DNA of 63,888 nt from the IMG/VR virus record IMGVR_UViG_3300012909_000005, positions 1 through 63,888 of that record. One strand, 5' to 3'. Below, one piece after another: positions 1-7,338 of the stretch. The stretch is from a virus (taxonomy: Duplodnaviria; Caudoviricetes). Below the pieces are notes generated by a model. It did no database searches, was not told where the DNA came from, and worked only from the letters and a program-made list of their open reading frames with translations. Within the stretch, counting starts at the first letter, position 1, and each line of letters starts with the position of its first letter. The translations under genes and the position numbers were made by a program.

Positions 1-221
1 ACGGCTACGGCAACGGCAACGGCTACGGCGACGGCAACGGCAACGGCTACGGCGACGGCAACGGCTACGGCAACGGCTACGGCTACGGCTACGGCGACGG
101 CAACGGCTACGGCAACGGCTACGGCTACGGCAACGGCTACGGCAACGGCTACGGCGACGGCAACGGCTACGGCAACGGCTACGGCGACGGCAACGGCTAC
201 GGCGACGGCGACGGCAACGGC
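1..221 (+). repeat. Coding tandem hexamer repeat GGC-NAC (N=T/A/G), ~36 units, encoding Gly-[Tyr/Asn/Asp]
   Basis: Directly visible period-6 repeat; in frame with ATG 228 with no stop. Confidence 0.95.
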
Positions 222-677
222 ATTAAAATGCAAACGCATGGCGGCAATTCGGTCCATTATATAGACACACTACCCTGCGTAATAAGGTCCATAAAAGGAA
301 ACGTGGCCAACGTGGACGTAATTGACAATAATACATTCCTTTCTACCTCCATGTTTGTAGCAAAGTATGGGGGCCTGTTCGCTCATGGTAGAACAATCAA
401 AGAAGCCGTAGAATCAGTTAAAGAGAAATGGGCCGAAAGCCGAAGCATAGAAGAAAGGATTGAAGAATTCAAGAGCCAGTTCAAAAATGGCGTTAAGTAT
501 GACGCCACCCTATTTTATAAATGGCATACGATATTAACTGGCTCCTGCCAATCCGGAAAAGACTTTTGGATACGGCAAAATGGCATTGATTTGAAAAATA
601 AAATGACCGTTCAGGAGTTTTGCGACCTGACCAAAAACGCATACGGCGGAGATATTATCAAAAAACTGATTGAATAA
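3..677 (+). CDS. 5'-truncated phage protein with G-[YND] repeat N-terminus and globular C-terminal domain (FAHG..., WHTILTGSC..G)
   Basis: ORF 228..677 is open upstream through the repeat to the window edge. Confidence 0.8.
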   Translation, partial: GYGNGNGYGDGNGNGYGDGNGYGNGYGYGYGDGNGYGNGYGYGNGYGNGYGDGNGYGNGYGDGNGYGDGDGNGIKMQTHGGNSVHYIDTLPCVIRSIKGNVANVDVIDNNTFLSTSMFVAKYGGLFAHGRTIKEAVESVKEKWAESRSIEERIEEFKSQFKNGVKYDATLFYKWHTILTGSCQSGKDFWIRQNGIDLKNKMTVQEFCDLTKNAYGGDIIKKLIE

Positions 678-747
678 ATTAGCCCCCACCCCTACCAAGA
701 GCCTGATACCAGAAACGGATCAGGCATTGGAGGTAAAACTAGTTACT

Positions 748-984
748 ATGAAAGTAATTGATTGGATAATTGGTGGGACAGTTGAGTTTTTCAAAGAGAC
801 TTTCGCCTGCTTATTCAAGTGGATTAAGGATAACGCCACAATCCTGTTCATGCTCGTTACCGTCGGGGTGCCAGTGGTATTGGCGACAAAGAATGACGAC
901 GCCCGATGGCTACTATTTTGGCTGATATACATCCCCATTATCGGAAACGCAATTAAACAAGATAAAAAATCTAAAAATGACTAA
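748..984 (+). CDS. Small two-TM membrane protein
   Basis: ORF 670..984; likelier ATG at 748 (MKVIDW); two hydrophobic segments. Confidence 0.6.
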   Translation: MKVIDWIIGGTVEFFKETFACLFKWIKDNATILFMLVTVGVPVVLATKNDDARWLLFWLIYIPIIGNAIKQDKKSKND

Positions 985-1228
985 GAACATCATTATCGCC
1001 GTGCTATCAGCCACCCTTTTTTGCACTTTTTTAGCGCTGAGAAAAGAGGGGATGAACTTACGCGCTACCCAGATATCTCCTAAAATAAAAGTCATAGGCT
1101 GGCCAGAAGAATTAGCCCCTTCAATCCTAGATGATAGTACATTTACAGCCACATTGAGATTTAAGATGAACGGGCCAGACAGTCTATCAGTTAATTTTGT
1201 TCCACAATTACGATTAATTAACCACTAA
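977..1228 (+). CDS. Hypothetical exported/membrane-anchored protein
   Basis: N-terminal hydrophobic helix; overlaps upstream stop; DST and DSL sequons. Confidence 0.6.
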   Translation: MTKNIIIAVLSATLFCTFLALRKEGMNLRATQISPKIKVIGWPEELAPSILDDSTFTATLRFKMNGPDSLSVNFVPQLRLINH

Positions 1229-1238
1229 TTAATTATCT

Positions 1239-1457
1239 ATGACAATCGAAGAATTGAAAGAGAAGCAAGAGAAGATAACGAACTCCATTTATCAGGGTCA
1301 AATGCGTAGCTACACCAATCATCATTTAACTAATCTTTCGATCGAATACGCCATATCTGTATTGGAAGAAATCTTGAAGACAGAAAAAAAGGAGAACCTA
1401 TTTCTCCACGATGTAGCTATTAAAAAGAAGAAAGAATTACAATCACTTATTAAATAA
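1239..1457 (+). CDS. Hypothetical protein
   Basis: ORF in a tightly packed + operon. Confidence 0.6.
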   Translation: MTIEELKEKQEKITNSIYQGQMRSYTNHHLTNLSIEYAISVLEEILKTEKKENLFLHDVAIKKKKELQSLIK

Positions 1458-1464
1458 TACTACA

Positions 1465-1719
1465 ATGCATCCAGACAATTTATTACAACCGGCTTACCCT
1501 GTATCAATAGCCGTAGACGACAAAAATAATTCTTTGGTAGATTCAAGAGACCAATGCGCAGCAGGCTTCACCAAACTTGAAAAAGCTTCCATTATGATAG
1601 CAAGTGGAATGGTGTCTGACCCTGAATGGCTGAGTGCGTTGACCGAGGTTCAAATAACATATCTCGGAGAAACGGCGGCAAGAATTGCCAAATCAGTACT
1701 TGAAGAAGCTAATAAATAA
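1465..1719 (+). CDS. Conserved small phage protein (PAYP...G.TK.E..A...A.GM type)
   Basis: Motif pattern common in small phage early proteins; operon context. Confidence 0.65.
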   Translation: MHPDNLLQPAYPVSIAVDDKNNSLVDSRDQCAAGFTKLEKASIMIASGMVSDPEWLSALTEVQITYLGETAARIAKSVLEEANK

Positions 1720-1736
1720 TCTATAAATAAAAATCC

Positions 1737-1883
1737 ATGAAACACATATCAGACGAACAATTAGAGGATGAAATATCAAAATCCCTGAGAGATGGGGAGA
1801 GATACGCTAATGCCTTAATCATAATCTTATCGGTAGCGGTGGTGTTATCTATAATAATGGGCGTTATTTTAATCCATCGGTGA
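1737..1883 (+). CDS. 48-aa single-pass membrane protein (not in ORF track)
   Basis: Manual translation MKHISDEQLEDEISKSLRDGERYANALIIILSVAVVLSIIMGVILIHR; its stop overlaps the sigma GTG (GTGA). Confidence 0.65.
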   Translation: MKHISDEQLEDEISKSLRDGERYANALIIILSVAVVLSIIMGVILIHR

Positions 1884-2419
1884 GATATTCAGATTCAGAT
1901 ATACTTTTAGGCTTCGCCAACAAAGACGACAGTGTATTTGAGGCTATCTACAAGGAGTATTATGATATGGTTTACCGAGTTTGCTTTAAGATAACAAAGA
2001 ACACCCAAGAGGCCGAAGACAGGACTATATGCGCCTTTAATAACCTATTTGAGGCTAAGGCGACATTTACTAGCGTAGATGGGATCAGGACATATCTAAT
2101 ATCCTTTGCGTGGAAAAGATCACTCAGTTTTTGGGCGCGTGAGCGCCGAAAAAAGGAAATACTTTCAGAGAAGTCCGCTACGGATATGTACTATGAAGCA
2201 TTCAATGATGAACTCGATTACCAATACCTCCGGGCAATGTCAATTATTCAGAAAGCTATGTCTTGCTACCCTACCCGTGGTGTCCAGGTATTACACATGA
2301 TCTACTTCGAAGAAAAGACGTACATACAGATAGCTGAAGAATTAAGTGTAACTATCAACACGGTATCAAATATGAGAAAACAAGGCTTGGATTACCTTCT
2401 TAAACGCTTATCAAAATGA
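1880..2419 (+). CDS. ECF-type sigma-70 factor (regions 2 and 4)
   Basis: FEAIYKEYYDMVYRVCFKIT..TQEAED (region 2); EEKTYIQIAEELSVTINTVSN (region 4 HTH). Confidence 0.85.
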   Translation: MRYSDSDILLGFANKDDSVFEAIYKEYYDMVYRVCFKITKNTQEAEDRTICAFNNLFEAKATFTSVDGIRTYLISFAWKRSLSFWARERRKKEILSEKSATDMYYEAFNDELDYQYLRAMSIIQKAMSCYPTRGVQVLHMIYFEEKTYIQIAEELSVTINTVSNMRKQGLDYLLKRLSK

Positions 2420-2913
2420 ATATAGAAAAGCTATATGAAAAACATTGGTACAATCTTTATTGCTATTGCAAATCAATAGTAATGAATAAATGCGATGCAG
2501 AAGATATAGTATCGGATGTTTTTTGTTCACTTGTTTATCACCCAGGAAAAATAGACAACGCCAAATCTATAAATGGATATCTCTGGTGGAAAGTAAAGAT
2601 GAGAAGCATTGATTTCATTCGTGGGAAAGAAAGAATTTCAGAATGTCATGACAAATATGGATACACCCTTACAGAGGAGGATATTAGCAACTTCGAACAG
2701 TACAAAGAACATGGAGAAATTTTGAAAAGGATAGATCAGGAAATAAATAAATTACCACATAAAGAGGGGGAAATATTTAAGATGTCTCACGTTTACGGCC
2801 TCACTATCGATAAGATAATGGCCATTACGGGGATCAGCAATCAGTCAATAAGAAATAGCAACCACCGGGCGATGGCGAAAATAAGAGCGGCAATGCCCTC
2901 AAAAATATTGTAG
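2416..2913 (+). CDS. ECF-type sigma-70 factor
   Basis: LYEKHWYNLYCYC...DAEDIVSDVF; INKLPHKEGEIFKMSHVYGLTIDKI; ATGA-coupled to previous sigma. Confidence 0.85.
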   Translation: MNIEKLYEKHWYNLYCYCKSIVMNKCDAEDIVSDVFCSLVYHPGKIDNAKSINGYLWWKVKMRSIDFIRGKERISECHDKYGYTLTEEDISNFEQYKEHGEILKRIDQEINKLPHKEGEIFKMSHVYGLTIDKIMAITGISNQSIRNSNHRAMAKIRAAMPSKIL

Positions 2914-2931
2914 GTTAAGGTAGGTACTGGC

Positions 2932-2965
2932 AAGCCCGGCGTTCTTTGTAATGTCCGGGCTTTTT
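2932..2965 (+). terminator. Intrinsic terminator after sigma pair
   Basis: AAGCCCGG...CCGGGCTT stem followed by a T run. Confidence 0.75.
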
Positions 2966-2993
2966 GTATTAGTAAAGGAGAATTGATATCTCC

Positions 2994-3028
2994 AAAAAAT
3001 AAACTCCGGCTCAGTGAAGAGCCGGAGT
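2994..3028 (-). terminator. Intrinsic terminator (minus strand)
   Basis: ACTCCGGCTC-N6-GAGCCGGAGT perfect 10-bp stem followed by TTATTTTTT on the minus strand. Confidence 0.7.
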
Positions 3029-3223
3029 CACATTAAACCAATCCCTATTCTGTCTGACATTTTGCATACCCGTGCTGGCTTAGAAAAGTTCCCGGGTTTG
3101 TACCTATTTAAAAATGATTTTAATTTAAAAATAACCGGCCTGTATAAGGAACTATACTACCCGGTTCTAAACCTTGTCCTTGCCTTTCGTAAACACTGGG
3201 GCCGTAGAAGTGACCCCAATAAG

Positions 3224-3382
3224 TTAATGATTTAATCCTGCCGGATGCTGGCCGCCAATACCGACGTATCCTTTTGACATCCCACATCCGGACCTGTCCG
3301 TAGCACAGCTACAAAGCCAGCACAACGCCATAGCGAATAGAATCCAATACAAGCCATTTTTGGCAATAAATGCTAGTTTCAT
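3224..3382 (-). CDS. 52-aa putative lipoprotein (not in ORF track)
   Basis: MKLAFIAKNGLYWILFAMALCWLCSCATDRSGCGMSKGYVGIGGQHPAGLNH; signal peptide with lipobox-like LCS-C. Confidence 0.6.
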   Translation of the reverse strand: MKLAFIAKNGLYWILFAMALCWLCSCATDRSGCGMSKGYVGIGGQHPAGLNH

Positions 3383-3554
3383 GGTTAGGTGGTTTTAAGA
3401 GGCGGCAACTTCTCACGGAATACCGCCCCTTGGGTTTATAAAAGTGGGTTACATTCTTATCTTCGAAGCCAGTCTCTGATATCCATTACCATATGACATC
3501 CTATATCAAAGAATATTCCACTAATGGTGCAGATTGCATACTTTAGTTTGTACG

Positions 3555-3761
3555 TTATGCTGACTTTTTGTGCTTATCGTGTCCGTTTTTCTGATTATCA
3601 TGAACTACTCTTGGATTAGAGTCATGCCTAAAGACTTCTCGTTCGTCGAAGATATCCCCCTCCTCTCTTTCTTGTGGCTTTGTTTTTGAGAACTTGGCGA
3701 ATAAAGCTACGATTCCAAGGCCTCCCAAAAGAACACTAATAAAAATCTCTACTTTAGACAT
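3555..3761 (-). CDS. Small N-terminally membrane-anchored protein
   Basis: TM helix then charged tail. Confidence 0.55.
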   Translation of the reverse strand: MSKVEIFISVLLGGLGIVALFAKFSKTKPQEREEGDIFDEREVFRHDSNPRVVHDNQKNGHDKHKKSA

Positions 3762-3808
3762 GACAGCTAGGATTTTAGCGGGTTAGTGGGTACGAATCAA
3801 AAACGGGT

Positions 3809-4015
3809 TTATCCCTTGGCAGAATAAGCTTCTAATGTTCTTATGATAACTCCCATCAATTCTACTTTCTGCACATTCCCGGGAGTCATGAGTATGGTTT
3901 GTAGCTCATTTATACCACCCAATAGCACCTTAGTCTCTCTCATTAAATCCCGGATAACCATAAGGCTTTCTTCGGCTATTTGAACGTCGGTTAATACGTA
4001 GGATGGTAAGCTCAT
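3809..4015 (-). CDS. Hypothetical protein
   Basis: ATGA-coupled to upstream RHH gene. Confidence 0.6.
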   Translation of the reverse strand: MSLPSYVLTDVQIAEESLMVIRDLMRETKVLLGGINELQTILMTPGNVQKVELMGVIIRTLEAYSAKG

Positions 4016-4173
4016 GATTTATTTTTTTGTCTATACTTTGCAGGAATTTTAAGGAGAATTGCCTCTTCCAATACGGAACGGATAGTACCACCTTCCTCAG
4101 TAATATACCTCTTTATGAATTTTACATATTCCTTACTTAATCTTACTGACTGAGTGATATCCTTGTCATTCAT
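4012..4173 (-). CDS. 53-aa ribbon-helix-helix DNA-binding protein (not in ORF track)
   Basis: MNDKDITQSVRLSKEYVKFIKRYITEEGGTIRSVLEEAILLKIPAKYRQKNKS; alternating strand then two helices. Confidence 0.7.
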   Translation of the reverse strand: MNDKDITQSVRLSKEYVKFIKRYITEEGGTIRSVLEEAILLKIPAKYRQKNKS

Positions 4174-4178
4174 GTGTA

Positions 4179-4186
4179 CAAATCTA
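4179..4186 (-). promoter_or_regulatory. Bacteroidota -7 promoter element TAGATTTG
   Basis: Matches TAnnTTTG, 5 nt upstream of the RHH ATG, just downstream of a terminator. Confidence 0.65.
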
Positions 4187-4219
4187 ATATACTACATTTA
4201 TACTTCCAAGTTTTCCAAC

Positions 4220-4252
4220 AAAAAAGGCCTAAGAAATTTCTTTCCTAAGCCT
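4220..4252 (-). terminator. Terminator of the late/lysis operon
   Basis: AGGCTTAGGAAA-GAAA-TTTCTTAGGCCT stem (with G-U pairs) plus T run after the endolysin. Confidence 0.75.
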
Positions 4253-4279
4253 AACCCCCTAAATATAACAGAGTTAAAG

Positions 4280-4837
4280 TTACGCGATATATTGGAATGA
4301 GGCATTGCGATCCAACCAATTATAGAGGTTACCGCCTTTTTCTGGGTGCGCAGTTACGATATCGAGATAAAATTGCTTCCTGGACGCCTGTAGCTTCCTG
4401 AAAAAATCGAGGCCATTAACCAAATTGATTGCAGCCAGCGTTTTAGGCCCAAATTTGCCATCTTGGGCTAACCCCAATATCTCCTGCGCATGTTTGATCG
4501 GGACCGAAGGTCCGGCATTCACGCCCCAATCAGCCATGAAATTGGCGATTGATTGGTTGTTTATATTATCCCCTTGTATTACATCCCAGAAAGTAGGCTT
4601 GTAGAATGCATTAACCAAATCTTGCAGGTCCGTGTCAGCCCTCAGGGATTTGGGGAAATTTGATTTGTCCTTATAGGAGTCTATGATAGACCAGCCCATC
4701 CAATGGGGGAAGTTATTACGCGAAATCCCGCGCCAAGTCTCACCTCCTGAGTCATGAATAAATTCAGCCCTCTCGGCACTTACATAGTATCCTTCATTCT
4801 CCATTAGGATAGGTAAGAATAGATTGTAGTCTGCCAT
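4280..4837 (-). CDS. Endolysin, glycoside hydrolase family 108 with PG-binding_3-type C-terminus
   Basis: NEGYY...DSGGETWRGIS; D.GVNAG; DGKFGPKTLAAIN; NWLDR. Confidence 0.9.
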   Translation of the reverse strand: MADYNLFLPILMENEGYYVSAERAEFIHDSGGETWRGISRNNFPHWMGWSIIDSYKDKSNFPKSLRADTDLQDLVNAFYKPTFWDVIQGDNINNQSIANFMADWGVNAGPSVPIKHAQEILGLAQDGKFGPKTLAAINLVNGLDFFRKLQASRKQFYLDIVTAHPEKGGNLYNWLDRNASFQYIA

Positions 4838-4974
4838 TAGCTTTTCATGATTTTATTGATTGAATCCTGATGCTTTTTAAGCAATCCTTGTAAGATACTT
4901 TTTGGCGGGTTGTTTGCCCCAATAAAAAATCCAGCAATGAATGCTATTACAATGGCTCCTAAAATCCAAAACAT
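4837..4974 (-). CDS. Small single-TM protein of lysis cassette
   Basis: Likely start MFWILGAIVIAFIAGFFIG; stop overlaps endolysin start. Confidence 0.6.
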   Translation of the reverse strand: MFWILGAIVIAFIAGFFIGANNPPKSILQGLLKKHQDSINKIMKS

Positions 4975-5015
4975 ATAGATAGCTTTTAGTGTAAAAATAT
5001 AGTTCTCAACCCTGT

Positions 5016-5441
5016 TCAAAACAAGCTCTTTATTTTAGCTAATGTCTCCTGCCTGAATGGATAGACAGCCTGAATGATCATTACAATAGCTGCCCAAAGC
5101 AGGAAGGCATAGAATAAATGATTCTGCCTAAAGTTCCACCAGAACAACAAACAATCAAATATATGATAAAAAAAGAAAATAACCGCTACTAGGAAGAGAG
5201 CGGTACTGTATTGGTAGGACACTTTGGCGAGTACGTAGAACGTGGATATCCACATCAGGGAATCGGTAAAGAACTTAATGTACCATGATACTATCATCTT
5301 CATCTGGAAATGGGGAGACCAAAACCAGTCAACTTCTTTATGATCTACAATGGGCCAGAAATAAGCAATAAGGGCATTTGCATTGTTAAGCAAATGCCCT
5401 ATAACAAGTATCCAAGATATATCGAGGACTATTTTTTTCAT
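5016..5441 (-). CDS. Four-TM aromatic-rich membrane protein
   Basis: Four hydrophobic segments; ATGA-coupled to the Pro-rich peptide gene. Confidence 0.75.
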   Translation of the reverse strand: MKKIVLDISWILVIGHLLNNANALIAYFWPIVDHKEVDWFWSPHFQMKMIVSWYIKFFTDSLMWISTFYVLAKVSYQYSTALFLVAVIFFFYHIFDCLLFWWNFRQNHLFYAFLLWAAIVMIIQAVYPFRQETLAKIKSLF

Positions 5442-5668
5442 GGGTGTCCGGGCGGTGGCGTAGGGGGATTACCTCCCTCATCCTGCGTTTGCGGCCCGTC
5501 GGGAGTTGGTTTTGGCTTGTTCCAAGGATCATCTTTGCCGGGGTCTTCATCTTCCTCTTCTTCATCGTGGCCGTGTTCTCTTGGTTTTGGAGGATTTCGG
5601 CCTGGATCGAACGCGGGACTATGCGGCCCTGTCCCCTTTTTTTCGTTTTTTTTGTGTGGTGTTGACAT
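5438..5668 (-). CDS. 76-aa Pro/acidic-rich disordered peptide with internal repeats
   Basis: ATG 5668 after an A-rich region; DPGRNPPKP / DPGKDDPWNKPKP / EGGNPPTPP. Confidence 0.65.
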   Translation of the reverse strand: MSTPHKKNEKKGTGPHSPAFDPGRNPPKPREHGHDEEEEDEDPGKDDPWNKPKPTPDGPQTQDEGGNPPTPPPGHP

Positions 5669-5924
5669 TTTGCTTGTTTTTAATTTTTTCGATAAGATAA
5701 GCTCCATAGGCCGTTAACAGACCGGAACTAAAAGAAAGAATACAGGTTCCAATATATTTTAAAATATACGCGCCGACAGTAACCAATTCGCTAGGTAGGC
5801 CAGCAAAAAGAAAATGCATAGAGACGTAGAGGCCCATGCAAGAGCCGCTAAAGAAAGCCGTAAACTTTGCCTTAACGCTTTCTTGTATGAATTTCCTAAA
5901 TCTACTCCATATTGATTGTTCCAT
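5619..5924 (-). CDS. Putative holin (two TM, basic C-tail)
   Basis: Two hydrophobic helices, KKRKK tail, lysis cassette position. Confidence 0.55.
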   Translation of the reverse strand: MEQSIWSRFRKFIQESVKAKFTAFFSGSCMGLYVSMHFLFAGLPSELVTVGAYILKYIGTCILSFSSGLLTAYGAYLIEKIKNKQNVNTTQKKRKKGDRAA

Positions 5925-5988
5925 TCTTTTGAGGATAAAGATTTTGCGTAAATTTTTTCTTTACTATACTGCATAAAAATTTATTTAA

Positions 5989-6657
5989 TCAGAATCGTAT
6001 AAGATTATACGTTAATCCCACCCCAATAGTAGGGGCTACTTTACCATTAACCAAAGATATGCCAATTTGAGGCCCCGCGGCCCATCTTTTAGGCTTCACG
6101 TTGATTCGATTATAATCGGAAAACAAGGTACTATATTTTCGGCTGACCTCAAACAGGGAATTATTTGCCTCATTGAACATCTGCGATAAATGCCCAATTA
6201 TGGTGTCCTTTTCTGTCAAAATATGTCTATTTATGGAGGCTAGGGAGTCGTTAGATACCATATATCCCAATACAAGGTCCTTGGCGGTCGTAAATTGGGC
6301 CTTTAGAGAGTCGCATGCGCTCAGGGCTCTAAGGGTATCTTTGGCGTCCTCAGAAGCGTTTAATTCATCAATTAGCCCCTGGATATCGGCTCCCTTATCT
6401 CTTATGTCTACCTTGTATTCCTTTATAACTCCCGATAGGGAATCTTTACTTTTTTGAAGGACGGCATTAACGGCCTTTACGGAATCATAGACATGCTGAA
6501 AACTGGCTAGTTTTGTCTTTACCATTCCCACCACACTATCGACAAAAACTTTATCTTCCGTGTGGTCTGGCCCCGGCTTTTTATCGCACCCTTTTACCCA
6601 TAACCATATAGCGGCGATAACCACAATGGCTATCATATAGGGGATTATCTTGCTCAT
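5989..6657 (-). CDS. Spanin-like protein: N-terminal membrane anchor, coiled coil, C-terminal amphipathic beta-hairpin
   Basis: Hydrophobic N-terminus (possible lipobox VKG-C), heptad region, ends GVGLTYNLIRF. Confidence 0.6.
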   Translation of the reverse strand: MSKIIPYMIAIVVIAAIWLWVKGCDKKPGPDHTEDKVFVDSVVGMVKTKLASFQHVYDSVKAVNAVLQKSKDSLSGVIKEYKVDIRDKGADIQGLIDELNASEDAKDTLRALSACDSLKAQFTTAKDLVLGYMVSNDSLASINRHILTEKDTIIGHLSQMFNEANNSLFEVSRKYSTLFSDYNRINVKPKRWAAGPQIGISLVNGKVAPTIGVGLTYNLIRF

Positions 6658-7061
6658 GACTGCGGTTTTGCTGCGGGAGTGGGGGCGTCCAATGTGCCGG
6701 TTGCCTTATCGCTAATTGTTGTCTTGTAGTCAATGGCGCTGTTTATCCGACTATTAACCGCGCTAAAAAACTTTAATATAATATCGGTGCCCATGTACCC
6801 CACAGTCGCAAATATTGGCCTTACGAATTTAATGGAATCCGGTTTCCAGTTAAGCGCCCACGGCAATAGAGAAAGGAATATCCCAATTACCACCAAGGAG
6901 ATTAATATGGAAATCCATTCATCTTGAAAGTATGACGATGGCTTGAATACAACATTAGCCAAACTGGCCTTTATTTTCAATGCCCGCATACTCAACAGCA
7001 TTGATAGAATTAGCCCTAATATGGCAATACCAAAACAAGTTAAATAAAGCGAAAGTGTCAT
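6654..7061 (-). CDS. Putative holin (three TM)
   Basis: Three hydrophobic segments with FATVGYMG; lysis context. Confidence 0.55.
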   Translation of the reverse strand: MTLSLYLTCFGIAILGLILSMLLSMRALKIKASLANVVFKPSSYFQDEWISILISLVVIGIFLSLLPWALNWKPDSIKFVRPIFATVGYMGTDIILKFFSAVNSRINSAIDYKTTISDKATGTLDAPTPAAKPQS

Positions 7062-7071
7062 GGTGGGGTTT

Positions 7072-7338
7072 TTATTTTTTTAAATAAATTGCTATTCCTA
7101 ATACAAACATACCAATAGCTACAAGTATTTGAATCAGACGCCCAGACTCATCTTTTCTCATAAACTCTTGGCGTTCTTTCTCCATCGATCTTTGTAGGCC
7201 ATTGTGAAGGCTTTTCCATTCATCATTAGTATCACTGTATTTGTCCACCGCCCTCCTGATGGATGCTATTTCTGCATCGAAGTATCTCCTGCTTTCTTCA
7301 ATCTTAACTTCTATATATCGTTCAGTTCTCTCTTTCAT
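7072..7338 (-). CDS. Coiled-coil protein with C-terminal TM (XhlA/holin-like)
   Basis: Charged helix then ILVAIGMFVLGIAIY. Confidence 0.55.
   Translation of the reverse strand: MKERTERYIEVKIEESRRYFDAEIASIRRAVDKYSDTNDEWKSLHNGLQRSMEKERQEFMRKDESGRLIQILVAIGMFVLGIAIYLKK

Noticed and set aside
1-221. Diversity-generating retroelement variable region or CRISPR array
   Set aside because: Only the first position of NAC varies while the second A is fixed; no template repeat, reverse transcriptase or unique spacers seen.
3014-3235. 73-aa + strand ORF
   Set aside because: Starts inside a terminator hairpin downstream of the + strand terminator and spans several stems; likely noncoding.
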